This document shows, piece after piece, positions 1 through 14,200 of a stretch of DNA of 64,000 bases. Location: positions 10,636,948 through 10,700,947 of the forward strand of contig NC_092673.1 of assembly GCF_964355755.1 (NCBI RefSeq), written 5' to 3'. Every line of letters begins with the position of its first letter. Position 1 is the first letter of the stretch. This DNA is from Antedon mediterranea (taxonomy: Eukaryota > Animalia > Echinodermata). Under the pieces are notes generated by a model. The model saw only the letters and a program-made list of their open reading frames with translations, did no database searches and was not told where the DNA came from. Position numbers and translations under genes: made by a program.

Positions 1-370
1 AAAATAGATTCAAATCGCATTTGGAGACGTTTTAGACCATTTTGAGCATTTCGATAAAACTTTTTCACACAAAACATCAAAATGTACAATTTAGCTTCAA
101 ATCGCATTTGATGACGTTTTTGATGATTTTGAGCATTTCGATAAAACTTTTTCACACAAAACATCAAATTGTACAACATAGCTTCAAATCGCATTTGGAG
201 ACGTTTTAGACCATTTTGAGCATTGCAATAAAACTTTTCACACTAAAACATCAAAGTGCACAAAATAGATTAATATCGTATTTAGAAACGTTTTAGACCA
301 TTTTGAGAATTTCGAAAAAACTTTTTCACACAAAATATAAAATTGTACAAAATAGCTTCAAATCGAATTT

Positions 371-696
371 TTTGTTTTATTTTGTTTTATCTTTATCTTT
401 ATACTGGGTGACCTCTTCAGTCAAAGACTGATCTCCCAGAAGGCCCAGTTGGTGATCAGTGGCTGTGATGTACTAATACACCGGGGTAACCCCCTCCTCG
501 TCTTGAAAGATGTACTAGGTTCTTTAAAGTGCACACGAGCAAGTTGTGTACACTGGACCTACGGTTTATAGTCCTTATCCGAGAAGACTCGTTCTACCAC
601 CAGAAACATGGAGTGAGTGAGCCTCAAACCCCTGCCGATGTTATGGCTACGTGATTACGGTTCAACTGTCTTAACCGCTCGGCCACTCACTCATTC
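371..696 (-). mobile_element. tRNA-derived SINE, copy 1 (central region resembles Deu/Nin-domain SINEs)
   Basis: Minus strand begins GAATGAGTGAGTGGCCGAGCGGTTAAG (Pol III A-box TGGCCGAGCGG) followed by a B-box-like GGTTTGAGGC. Core CTCGGATAAGGACTATAAACCGTAGGTCC...GCACTTTAAAGAACC...GGGGGTTACCCCGG resembles the Deu/Nin core from memory. A-rich repeat tail. AATTT is duplicated at 366-370 and 697-701, and the empty site AATCGAATTTGGAAATG is seen at ~10296, ~11456 and ~15308. Confidence 0.88.
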
Positions 697-942
697 AATT
701 TGGAAATGTTTTAGACAATTTTGAGCATTTCGATAACACTTTGTCAAACAAAACATCAAAATGTACAAAATATCTTCAAATCTCATTTTGAGCATTTCAA
801 TAAAACTTTTCACACTAAAACATCAAAGTGCACAAAATAGATTAATATCGTGTTTAGAAACGTTTTAGACCATTTTGAGAATTTCGAAAAAACTTTTTCA
901 CACAAAATATAAAATTGTACAAAATAGCTTCAAATCGAATTT

Positions 943-1262
943 TTTGTTTTATTTTGTTTTATCTTTATACTGGGTGACCTCTTCAGTCAAAGACTGATCT
1001 CCCAGAGGGCCCAGTTGGTGATCAGTGGCTGTGATGTACTAATACACCGGGGTAACCCCCTCCTCGTCTCGAAAGATGTACTAGGTTCTTTAAAGTGCAC
1101 ACGAGCAAGTTGTGTACACTGGACCTACGGTTTATAGTCCTTATCCGAGAAGACTCGTTCTACCACCAGAACCATGGAGTGAGTGAGCCTCAAACCCCTG
1201 CCGATGTTATGGCTACGTGATTACGGCTCAACTGTCTTAACCGCTCGGCCACTCACTCATTC
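943..1262 (-). mobile_element. tRNA-derived SINE, copy 2
   Basis: Near-identical to 371-696 (4 substitutions and one 6-bp CTTTAT indel by eye). Same flanking AATTT duplication (938-942, 1263-1267) and same satellite context. Confidence 0.88.
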
Positions 1263-3147
1263 AATTTGGAAATGTTTTAGACAATTTTGAGCATTTCGAT
1301 AACACTTTTTCAAACAAAACATCAAAATGTACAAAATATCTTCAAATCTCATTTAGAGACGTTTTAGACCATTTTGTGCATTTCGATGAAACTTGGTCAC
1401 ATTTGAAACCATTTTAGACGATTTTGAGCATTTCGATAAAACTGTTCACACAAAAACATCAACGTGTACAAAATAGCTTAATATCGTATTTGGAAACGTT
1501 TTAGACCATTTTGAACATTTCGACAAAACTTTTTCACACAAAACATCAAATTGTACAACATAATTTCAAATCGCATTTGGAGACGTTTTAAACCATTTTG
1601 AGCATTTCAATAAAACTTTTCACACTAAAACATCAAAGTGCACAAAATAGCTTAACATCGTATTTGGAAACGTTTTAGACAATTTTGAACATTTCGACAA
1701 AACTTTTTCACACAAAACATCAAATTGTACAAAATAGCTTCAAATCGCATTTGTAGACGTTTTATACCATTTTGAGCATTTCAATAAAACTTTTCACACT
1801 AAAACATCAAAGTGCACAAAATAGATTAATATCGTATTTAGAATCGTTTTAGACCATTTTGAGCATTTCGACAAAACTTTTTCACACAAAATATAAAATT
1901 GTACAAAATAGCTTCAAATCGAATTTGGAGTTGTTTTAGACACTTTTGAGCATTTCGATAAAACTTAATCAAAGAAAACATCAAAATGTACAAAATAGCT
2001 TAATATCGTATTTGGAAACGTTTTAGACCATTTTGAACATTTCGACAAAACTTTTTCACACAAAACATCAAATTGTACAAAATAACTTCAAATCGCATTT
2101 GTAGACGTTTTAGACAATTTTTGAGCATTTCAATAAAACTTTTAACACTAAAACATCAAAGTGCACAAAATAGATTAATATCGTATTTAGAAACGTTTTA
2201 GACCATTTTTGAGCATTTCGATAAAACTTTTCACACAAAAACATAAAAGTGCAAAAAATAGCTTAATATCGTATTTGGAAACGCTTTAGACCATTTTGAA
2301 CATTTCGACAACACTTTTTCACACAAAACATCAAATTGTACAACATAGCTTCAAATCGCATTTGGAGACGTTTTAGACCATTTTGAGCATTTCAAAAAAA
2401 CTTTTCACACTAAAACATCAAAGTGCACAAAATAGATTAATATCGTATTTAGAAATGTTTTAGACCATTTTTAGCATTTCGACTAAACTTTTTCACACAA
2501 AATATAAAATTGTACAAAATAGCTTCAAATCGAATTTGGAGTTGTTTTAGACAATTTTGAGCATTTCGATAAAACTTAAACAAACAAAACATCAAAATGT
2601 ACAAAATATCTTCAAATCTCATTTAGAGACGTTTTAGACCATTTTGTGCATTTCGATAAAACTTTTCACACAAAAACATCAAAGTGCACAAAATAGCTTA
2701 ATATCGTATTTGGAAACGTTTTAGACCATTTTGAACATTTCGACAAAACTTTTTCACACAAAACATCAAATTGTACAAAATAACTTCAAATCGCATTTGG
2801 AGACTTTTTAGACAATTTTTGAGCATTTCAATAAAACTTTTCACACTAAAACATCAAAATGTACAAAATAGCTTAAAATAACATTTGAAACCGTTTTAGA
2901 CCATTTTGAGCATTTCGAAAAAACTTTTCACACAAAAACATCAAAGTGCACACAATAGCTTCAAATCGCATTTGGAGACGTTTTAGACCATTTTGAGCAG
3001 TTCAATAAAACTTTTCACACTAAAACATCAAAGTGCACAAAATTGATTAATATCGTATTTCGAAACGTTTTAGACCATTTTGAGCATTTCGATAAAACTT
3101 TTTCACACAAAACATCAAATTGTACGAAATAGCTTCCAATCGCATTT

Positions 3148-3184
3148 CACACTCACGTCATATTGCGAATTTTGGACAAAAAGT
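3148..3184 (+). repeat. Left bipartite terminal inverted repeat: CACACTC-N21-ACAAAAAGT
   Basis: Read directly: heptamer 3148-3154, spacer 3155-3175, nonamer 3176-3184. Confidence 0.8.
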
Positions 3185-5262
3185 GTTTTGAGAGCGCTTT
3201 TGATTTAAACATTAGCGCGAGCCTATCTTATCGCTGAGAATTGTATTGAGAAACCCGAAGACTTCACGCGAGCGAGACGAACTGACTAAGAACATTATTA
3301 CTATAGATTTTCACTTCATACACGCTTATTATTGAACAATAGTTAGTATAAATAACTGCTAGTTAATTAGAGACATTCGATGTTACTAAGAATACTAAAG
3401 AAATTACTTATAATACAAATTTAAAAGATTTATAACGATTCTAGTTTAGGTAACATTCGCCCATTAACATTGAAAACAAACAAATCCTGCGTAGGAAATC
3501 GCGGAACTCTAAAAAGTTTGTTTTAATATCACGCTAAAATTGTTTCCGAATTTTTAAATACATATTTGTAAATAGCATGTTAAATTTCAATATCTTTACT
3601 TTTAATCCTCAAAAAATCAAAATGTTGATATTTTTTAAAAGAATTTTATGATCATTTGAAATCGGGTATATTTACTATCGATCGCGCTCCGCCGGTGCCC
3701 GAGTAGGTGTGTACGCGTCGCTTTTGCAGGCTCTATTCCCAGTAGCGAGTTTCGGTCGCGCTAACATAAGCAATGTTTTCTACCTTTACATGCATTAGGG
3801 GTAAATTATGTTTAATTGTTTTTACCGCATAACAAAATTCCCAAATTTATTTCTTTTCTTGCCTAACCGTTTCTGTCACCCTAAAATCAAATACTTTAAC
3901 TGCATAATTTTAAGCGACAATAACATACAAATAGGCCTACTATAATTTGATCACTTCTTCGCAATACTTGAAAGTTGTTGTATACAATTATTTTAAGAAT
4001 ATAAATAAAAACACACAGAAAATAATAAAATGGCAACTAATTGAAAAGTCAAACTCATTTATTTCATCAATTAAATATTTGAAAAAAATCAAATCAAGTA
4101 AGGTACTGCTGTGTAGGCCTTAAATATGATTATTGTATTTTTTAGTTTTAAATTGTATAATGGCCTAGGCCTAATAATATAGTACTAACAACATGTTTAT
4201 TTCTAAAGGCAAGAATAACAAACAGCTTTATTTATTTACCTTCAATATTAAATCTATGAGAAACCTCAATTATGAGAATCATTTAAATTTCTGTCACCGT
4301 ACATTTCATTATAATGAACACCTTTAATTTAAAAGACATTTAATTAATAAGAGCTGGTCAAATTTTGTTGAATGTCAACATGCTGTCCATAAATAGCCGC
4401 TTTCAAGTGATACAAATGTTTTCTGGAGTCAGATCCTATAAAAAATATAGAAATATAAAAAGTATCTTAATTTAAATATGTATTTGAAAGATGGGCTAGA
4501 GGTATACTGCATGATAAATTAGGCTGAAAAACCTAACATGTGGTCCTAGGCCTACTACAAGGCCTAGCTTAATGTTTTAAATCCCATAAAACTTTTGAAT
4601 TTAATACAAGTACAAAATATAATTTATATAGAGTTGTAAAGTGTGGTACATTCAGTACATTAATTAAAATAAATGAGAATGGGGCCTACTATTAATAAAT
4701 AAACATGTAAAAAATTGGCCTAAACGACTACGTGTGTATCTATACGCATTGATTAACACACAGTACGCGTTGGACCATCAAGGCTAGGCCCAGCTTCGCA
4801 CAAACCACCGTTATACATGTGATTTGTTTACCTATTTAAATCGCCATTTAAAAAATACCTGAAAATATCAACATGCCCATTTTTTGTCAAACGAATATTT
4901 ACATTACATAGTAACTTTTTATTTAGTCACTCGTTTACTCAAAAATTGAGGAATTTTTTTATGGTCTCGTAAAAATGTACAATATTATTATTGATAAAAA
5001 CCGTATAAAATCTAACAAAAAGAAGAGCAAATTCAATGATTACCTGACACGATCATAACTGCTATCCTGTTCCAAAAACCAAGTCACATGCTTCTTCAAC
5101 CCTTGCTTTAATTATTTTCATGAATTATTCATAAGGAACTATAATTTAAGGCTTTCAATTGGTTAAAAGAGTTTAACCCTATTAAAATTTTAAATTCACA
5201 TCATTTCCGGGTGATGTTGTCGCGCTTCGATGAATCTCAGAAATCACAAATGACCGCTCACT

Positions 5263-5289
5263 ACTTTTTGTCTAGTCTAAATGAATGTG
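5263..5289 (-). repeat. Right bipartite terminal inverted repeat: CACATTC-N11-ACAAAAAGT
   Basis: Reverse complement read directly: heptamer 5289-5283, spacer 5282-5272, nonamer 5271-5263. Confidence 0.8.
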
Positions 5290-8200
5290 ATTTGGAGACG
5301 TTTAAACATCAAATTGTACAAAATAGCTTCAAATCGCATTTGGACACGTTTTAGACCATTTTGAGTATTTCGACAAAACTTTTTTACACAAAACATAGAA
5401 TTGTACAACATAGCTTCAAATCGCATTTGGAGACGTTTTAGACCATTTTGAGCATTTCAATAAAACATTTCACACAAAATATAAAATTGTACAAAATAGC
5501 TTCAAATCTCATTTAGAGACGTTTTAGACCACTTTGAGCATTTCGATGAAACTTGGTTACACAAAAACATCAAAGTGTTTAAAATCACATTTGCAACCGT
5601 TTTAGATCACTTTGAGCATTTCGACAAAACTTTTTCACACAAAATATTAAATTGTACAAAATAACTTCAAATCGCATTTGGAGACGTTTTAGACCATTTT
5701 GAGTATTTCAATAAAACTTTTCACACTAAAACATGAAAGTGCACAAAATATATTAATATCGTATTTAGAAACGTTTTAGACCATTTTGAGCATTTCGATA
5801 ACACTTTTTCAAACAAAACATCAAAATGTACAAAATATCTTCAAATCTCATTTAGAGACGTTTTAGACCATTTTGTGCATTTCGATGAAACTTGGTTACA
5901 CAAAAACATCAAAGTGCTTAAAATCACATTTGAAACCATTTTAGACCATTTTGAGCATTTCGATAAAACTTTTTACACAAAAACATCAAAGTGCACAAAA
6001 TAGCTTCAAATCGCATTTGGAGACCTTTTAGACCATTTTGAGCATTTCAATAAAACTTTTCACACTAAAACGTCAAAGTGCACAAAATAGATTAATATCG
6101 TTTTTGGAAACGTTTTAGACCATTTTGAGCATTTCGACAAAACTTTTTCACACAAAATATAAAATTGTACAAAATAACTTCAAATCGCATTTGGAGACGT
6201 TTTAGACCATTTTGAGTATTTCAATAAAACTTTTCACACTAAAACATGAAAGTGCACAAAATATATTAATATCGTATTTAGAAACGTTTTAGACCATTTT
6301 GAGCATTTCGATAACACTTTTTCAAACAAAACATCAAAATGTACAAAATATCTTCAAATCTCATTTAGAGACGTTTTAGACCATTTTGTGCATTTCGATG
6401 AAACTTGGTTACACAAAAACATCAAAGTGCTTAAAATCACATTTGAAACCATTTTAGACCATTTTGAGCATTTCGATAAAACTTTTTACACAAAAACATC
6501 AAAGTGCACAAAATAGCTTCAAATCGCATTTGGAGACCTTTTAGACCATTTTGAGCATTTCAATAAAACTTTTCACACTAAAACGTCAAAGTGCACAAAA
6601 TAGATTAATATCGTTTTTGGAAACGTTTTAGACCATTTTGAGCATTTCGACAAAACTTTTTCACACAAAATATAAAATTGTACAAAATAGCTTAAAATCG
6701 CATTTGGAGACGTTTTAGACCATTTTGAGCATTGCAATAAAACTTTTTCACAGAAAACATCAAATTGTACAAAATAGCTTCAAATCGCATTTGGAGACGT
6801 TGTAGACCATTTTGAGCATTTCAATAAAACCTTTCACACTAAAACATCAAAGTGCACAAAATAGATTAATATCGTATTAAGAAACGTTTTAGACCATTTT
6901 GAGCATTTCGACAAAACTTTTTCACACAAAATATAAAATTGTACAAAATAGCTTCAAATCGCATTTGGAGACGTTTTAGACCATTTTTGAGCATTTCGAT
7001 AAAACTTTTCACATAAAAACATAAAAGTGCAAAAAATAGCTTAATATCGTATTTGGAAACGTTTTAGACCATTTTGAACATTTTGACAAAACTTTTTCAC
7101 ACAAAACATCAAATTGTACAACATAGCTTCAAATCGCATTTGGAGACGTTTTAGACCATTTTGAGCATTTCAATAAAACTTTTCACACTAAAACATCAAA
7201 GTGCACAAAATAGATTAATATCGTATTTAGAAACGTTTTAGACCATTTTGAGCATTTCGACAAAACTTTTTCACCCAAAATATAAAATTGTACAAAATAG
7301 CTTCAAATCGAATTTGGAGTTGTTTTAGACAATTTTGAGCATTTCGTTAAAACTTAATCAAACAAAACATCAAAAAATACAAAATATCTTCAAATCTCAT
7401 TTAGAGACGTTTTAGACCATTTTGTGCATTTCGATAAAACTTTTCACACTAAAACATCAAAGTGCACAAAATAGCTTAATATCGTATTTGGAAACGTTTT
7501 AGACCATTTTGAACATTTCGACAAAACTTTTTCACACAAAACATCAAATTGTACAAAATAACTTCAAATCGCATTTGGAGACGTTTTAGACAATTTTTGA
7601 GCATTTCAATAAAACTTTTCACACTAAAACATCAAAATGTACAAAATAGCTTAAAATAACATTTGAAACCGTTTTAGACCATTTTGAGCATTTCAAAAAA
7701 ACTTTTCACACAAAAACATCAAAGTGCACAAAATAGCTTCAAATCGCATTTGGAGACGTTTTAGACCATTTTGAGCAGTTCAATAAAACTTTTCACACTA
7801 AAACATCAAAGTCCACAAAATTGATTAATATCGTATTTCGAAACGTTTTAGACCATTTTGAGCATTTCGATAAAACTTTTTCACACAAAACATCAAATTG
7901 TACGAAATAGCTTCCAATCGCATTTGGAGACGTTTAAACATCAAATTGTACAAAATAGCTTCAAATCGCATTTGGACACGTTTTAGACCATTTTGAGTAT
8001 TTCGACAAAACTTTTTTACACAAAACATAGAATTGTACAACATAGCTTCAAATCGCATTTGGAGACGTTTTAGACCATTTTGAGCATTTCAATAAAACAT
8101 TTCACACAAAATATAAAATTGTACAAAATAGCTTCAAATCGCTTTTGGAGACGTTTTAGACCATTTTGAGCATTTCGATAAAACTATTTCACACAAAACA

Positions 8201-11200
8201 TCAAAATGTACAATTTAGCTTCAAATCTCATTTAGAGACGTTTTAGACCACTTTGAGCATTTCGATGAAACTTGGTTACACAAAAACATCAAAGTGTTTA
8301 AAATCACATTTGCAACCGTTTTAGATCACTTTGAGCATTTCGACAAAACTTTTTCACACAAAATATTAAATTGTACAAAATAACTTCAAATCGCATTTGG
8401 AGACGTTTTAGACCATTTTGAGTATTTCAATAAAACTTTTCACACTAAAACATGAAAGTGCACAAAATATATTAATATCGTATTTAGAAACATTTAGACT
8501 ATTTTGAGCATTTCGATAACACTTTTTCAAACAAAACATCAAAATGTACAAAATATCTTCAAATCTCATTTAGAGACGTTTTAGACCAGTTTGTGCATTT
8601 CGATGAAACTTGGTTACACAAAAACATCAAAGTGCTTAAAATCACATTTGAAACCATTTTAGACCATTTTGAGCATTTCGATAAAACTTTTTACACAAAA
8701 ACATCAAAGTGCACAAAATAGCTTCAAATCGCATTTGGAGACCTTTTAGACCATTTTGAGCATTTCAATAAAACTTTTCACACTAAAACGTCAAAGTGCA
8801 CAAAATAGATTAATATCGTATTTGGAAACGTTTTAGACCATTTTGAGCATTTCGACCAAACTTTTTCACACAAAATATAAAATTGTACAAAATAGCTTAA
8901 AATCGCATTTGGAGACGTTTTAGACCATTTTGAGCATTGCGATAAAACTTTTTCACAGAAAACATCAAATTGTACAAAATAGCTTCAAATCGCATTTGGA
9001 GACGTTGTAGACCATTTTGAGCATTTCAATAAAACTTTTCACACTAAAACATCAAAGTGCACAAAATAGATTAATATCGTATTAAGAAACGTTTTAGACC
9101 ATTTTGAGCATTTCGACAAAACTTTTTCACACAAAATATAAAATTGTACAAAATAGCTTCAAATCGCATTTGGAGACGTTTTAGACCATTTTTGAGCATT
9201 TCGATAAAACTTTTCACACAAAAACATAAAAGTGCAAAAAATAGCTTAATATCGTATTTGGAAACGTTTTAGACCATTTTGAACATTTCGACAAAACTTT
9301 TTCACACAAAACATCAAATTGTACAAAATAACTTCAAATGGCATTTGGAAACGCTTTAGACCATTTTGAGCATTTCGACAACACTTTTTCACACAAAACA
9401 TCAAATTGTACAACATAGCTTCAAATCGCATTTGGAGACGTTTTAGACCATTTTGAGCATTTCAATAAAACTTTTCACACTAAAACATCAGAGTGCACAA
9501 AATAGATTAATATCGTATTTAGAAACGTTTTAGACCATTTTGAGCATTTCGACAAAACTTTTTCACACAAAATATAAAATTGTACAAAATAGCTTCAAAT
9601 CGAATTTGGAGTTGTTTTAGACATTTTTGAGCATTTCGATAAAACTTAATCAAACAAAACATCAAAATGTACAAAATATCTTCAAATCTCACTTAGAGAC
9701 GTTTTAGACCATTTTGTGCATTTCGATAAAACTTTTCACACTAAAACATCAAAGTGCACAAAATAGATTAATATCGTATTTTGAAACGTTTTAGACCATT
9801 TTGAGCATTTCGACAAAACTTTTTCACACAAAATATAAAATTGTTCAAAATAGCTTCAAATCGAATTTGGAGTTGTTTTAGACAATTTTGAGCATTTCGA
9901 TAAAACTTAATCAAACAAAACATCAAAATGTACAAAATATCTTCAAATCTCATTTAGAGACGTTTTAGACCATTTTGTGCATTTCGATAAAACTTTTCAC
10001 ACAAAAACATCAAAGTCCACAAAATAGCTTAATATCGTATTTGGAAACGTTTTAGACCATTTTGAACATTTCGACAAAACTTTTTCACACAAAACATCAA
10101 ATTGTACAAAATAACTTCAAATCGCATTTGGAGACGTTTTAGACAATTTTTTTAGCATTTCAATAAAACTTTTCACACTAAAACATCAAAGTGCAAAAAA
10201 TAGATTAATATCGTATTTAGAAACGTTTTAGACCATTTTGAGCATTTCGAAAAAACTTTTTCACACAAAATATAAAATTGTACAAAATAGCTTCAAATCG
10301 AATTTGGAAATGTTTTAGACAATTTTGAGCATTTCGATAACACTTTTTCAAACAAAACATCAAAATGTACAAAATATCTTCAATCTCATTTAGAGACGTT
10401 TTATACCATTTTGTGCATTTCGATGAAACTTGGTTACACAAAAACATCAAAGTGCTTAAAATCACATTTGAAACCATTTTAGACCATTTTGAGCATTTCG
10501 ACAAAACTTTTTCACACAAAACATCAAAATGTACAATTTAGCTTCAAATCGCATTTGATGACGTTTTAGACCATTTTGTGCATTTCGATGAAACTTGGTT
10601 ACACAAAAACATCAAAGTGTTTAAAATCACATTTGAAACCGTTTTAGATCATTTTGAGCATTTCGACAAAACTTTTTCACACAAAATATCAAATTGTACA
10701 AAATAACTTCAAATCGCATTTGGAGACGTTTTAGACCATTTTGAGCATTTCAATAAAACTTTTCACACTAAAACATCAAAGTGCACAAAATAGATTAATA
10801 TCGTATTTAGAAACGTTTTAGACCATTTTGAGCATTTCGACAAAAATTTTTCACACAAAATATAAAATTGTACAAAATAGCTTCAAATCGAATTTGGAGT
10901 TGTTTTAGACAATTTTGAGCATTTCGATCAAACTTTTTCAAACAAAACATCAACTTGTACAAAATATTTTCAAATATCATTTAGAGACGTTTTAGACCAT
11001 TTTGTGCATTTCGATGAAACTTGGTTACACAAAAACATCAAAGTCCATTTTGAGCATTTCGATAAAACTTTTCACACAAAAACATCAAAGTGCAAAAATC
11101 GCTTAGTATCGTATTTGGAAACGTTTTAGACCATTTTGAACATTTCGACAAAAACTTTTTCACACAAAACATGAAATTGTACAAAATAACTTCAAATGGC

Positions 11201-14200
11201 ATTTGGAGACGTTTTAGATCATTTTGAGCATTTCGACAAAACTTTTTCACACAAAATATCAAATTGTACAAAATAACTTCAAATCGCATTTAGAGACGTT
11301 TTAGACCATTTTGAGCATTTCAATCAAACTTTTCACACAAAAACATCAAAGTGCACAAAATAGATTAATATCGTATTTAGAAAGGTTTTAGACCATTTTG
11401 AGCATTTCGAAAAAACATTTTCACACAAAATATAAAATTGTACAAAATAGCTTCAAATCGAATTTGGAAATGTTTTAGACAATTTTGAGCATTTCGATAA
11501 CACTTTTCAAACAAAACATCAAAATGTACAAAATATCTTCAAATCTCATTTAGAGACGTTTTAGACCATTTTGTGCATTTCGATGAAACTTGGTTACACA
11601 AAAACATCAAAGTGCTTAAAATCACATTTGAAACCATTTTAGACCATTTTGAGCATTTCGATAAAACTGTTCACACAAAAACATCAACGTGTACAAAATA
11701 GCTTAATATCGTATTTGGAAACGTTTTAGACCATTTTGAACATTTCGACAAAACTTTTTCACACAAAACATCAAATTGTACAACATAATTTCAAATCGCA
11801 TTTGGAGACGTTTTAAACCATTTTGAGCATTTCAATAAAACTTTTCACACTAAAACATCAAAGTGCACAAAATAGCTTAACATCGTATTTGGAAACGTTT
11901 TAGACAATTTTGAACATTTCGACAAAACTTTTTCACACAAAACATCAAATTGTACAAAATAGCTTCAAATCGCATTTGTAGACGTTTTATACCATTTTGA
12001 GAATTTCAATAAAACTTTTCACACTAAAACATCAAAGTGCACAAAATAGATTAATATCGTATTTAGAATCGTTTTAGACCATTTTGAGCATTTCGACAAA
12101 ACTTTTTCACACAAAATATAAAATTGTACAAAATAGCTTCAAATCGAATTTGGAGTTGTTTTAGACACTTTTGAGCATTTCGATAAAACTTAATCAAACA
12201 AAACATCAAAATTTACAAAATAGCTTAATATCGTATTTGGAAACGTTTTAGACCATTTTGAACATTTCGATAAAACTTTTTCACACAAAACATCAAATTG
12301 TACAAAATAACTTCAAATCGCATTTGTAGACGTTTTAGACAATTTTTGAGCATTTCAATAAAACTTTTAACACTAAAACATCAAAGTGCACAAAATAGAT
12401 TAATATCGTATTTAGAAACGTTTTAGACCATTTTTGAGCATTTCGATAAAACTTTTCACACAAAAACATAAAAGTGCAAAAAATAGCTTAATATCGTATT
12501 TGGAAACGTTTTAGACCATTTTGAACATTTCGACAACACTTTTTCACACAAAACATCAAATTGTACAACATAGCTTCAAATCGCATTTGGAGACGTTTTA
12601 GACCATTTTGAGCATTTCAATAAAACTTTTCACACTAAAACATCAAAGTGCACAAAATAGATTAATATCGTATTTAGAAACGTTTTAGACCATTTTGAGC
12701 ATTTCGACTAAACTTTTTCACACAAAATATAAAATTGTATAAAATAGCTTCAAATCTAATTTGGAGTTGTTTTAGACAATTTTGAGCATTTCGATAAAAC
12801 TTAAACAAACAAAACATCAAAATGTACAAAATATCTTCAAATCTCATTTAGAGACGTTTTAGACCATTTTGTGCATTTCGATAAAACTTTTCACACTAAA
12901 ACATCAAAGTCCACAAAATAGCTTAATATCGTATTTGGAAACGTTTTAGACCATTTTGAACATTTCGATAAAACTTTTTCACACAAAACATCAAATTGTA
13001 CGAAATAGCTTCCAATCGCATTTGGAGACGTTTAAACATCAAATTGTACAAAATAGCTTCAAATCGCATTTGGACACGTTTTAGACCATTTTGAGTATTT
13101 CGACAAAACTTTTTTACACAAAACATAGAATTGTACAACATAGCTTCAAATCGCATTTGGAGACGTTTTAGACCATTTTGAGCATTTCAATAAAACATTT
13201 CACACAAAATATAAAATTGTACAAAATAGCTTCAAATCGCTTTTGGAGACGTTTTAGACCATTTTGAGCATTTCGATAAAACTATTTCACACAAAACATC
13301 AAAATGTACAATTTAGCTTCAAATCTCATTTAGAGACGTTTTAGACCACTTTGAGCATTTCGATGAAACTTGGTTACACAAAAACATCAAAGTGTTTAAA
13401 ATCACATTTGCAACCGTTTTAGATCACTTTGAGCATTTCGACAAAACTTTTTCACACAAAATCTTAAATTGTACAAAATAACTTCAAATCGCATTTGGAG
13501 ACGTTTTAGACCATTTTGAGTATTTCAATAAAACTTTTCACACTAAAACATGAAAGTGCACAAAATATATTAATATCGTATTTAGAAACGTTTTAGACCA
13601 TTTTGAGCATTTCGATAACACTTTTTCAAACAAAACATCAAAATGTACAAAATATCTTCAGATCTGATTTAGAGACGTTTTAGACCATTTTGTGCATTTC
13701 GATGAAACTTGGTTACACAAAAACATCAAAGTGCTTAAAATCACATTTGAAACCATTTTAGACCATTTTGAGCATTTCGATAAAACTTTTTACACAAAAA
13801 CATCAAAGTGCACAAAATAGCTTCAAATCGCATTTGGAGACCTTTTAGACCTTTTTGAGCATTTCAATAAAACTTTTCACACTAAAACGTCAAAGTGCAC
13901 AAAATAGATTAATATCGTATTTGGAAACGTTTTAGACCATTTTGAGCATTTCGACAAAACTTTTTCACACAAAATATAAAATTGTACAAAATAGCTTAAA
14001 ATCGCATTTGGAGACGTTTTAGACCATTTTGAGCATTGCGATAAAACTTTTTCACAGAAAACATCAAATTGTACAAAATAGCTTCAAATCGCATTTGGAG
14101 ACGTTGTAGACCATTTTGAGCATTTCAATAAAACTTTTCACACTAAAACATCAAAGTGCACAAAATAGATTAATATCGTATTAAGAAACGTTTTAGACCA

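Larger units (their letters stand above)
3148..5289. mobile_element. Non-autonomous DNA transposon, CAC...GTG termini, 4-bp TSD (Chapaev/CMC-Transib-like)
   Basis: Interrupts satellite CTTCCAATCGCATTT^GGAGACGTTTAAAC with ATTT duplicated (3144-3147, 5290-5293). The uninterrupted site is present at ~7911 and ~13008. Termini are CACACTCA... and ...TGAATGTG, with an inverted GACAAAAAGT near both ends. No ORF >=60 aa inside. Confidence 0.9.

Noticed and set aside
610-696. tRNA gene
   Set aside because: The A/B boxes are the head of a SINE with body, tail and TSD; no convincing cloverleaf.
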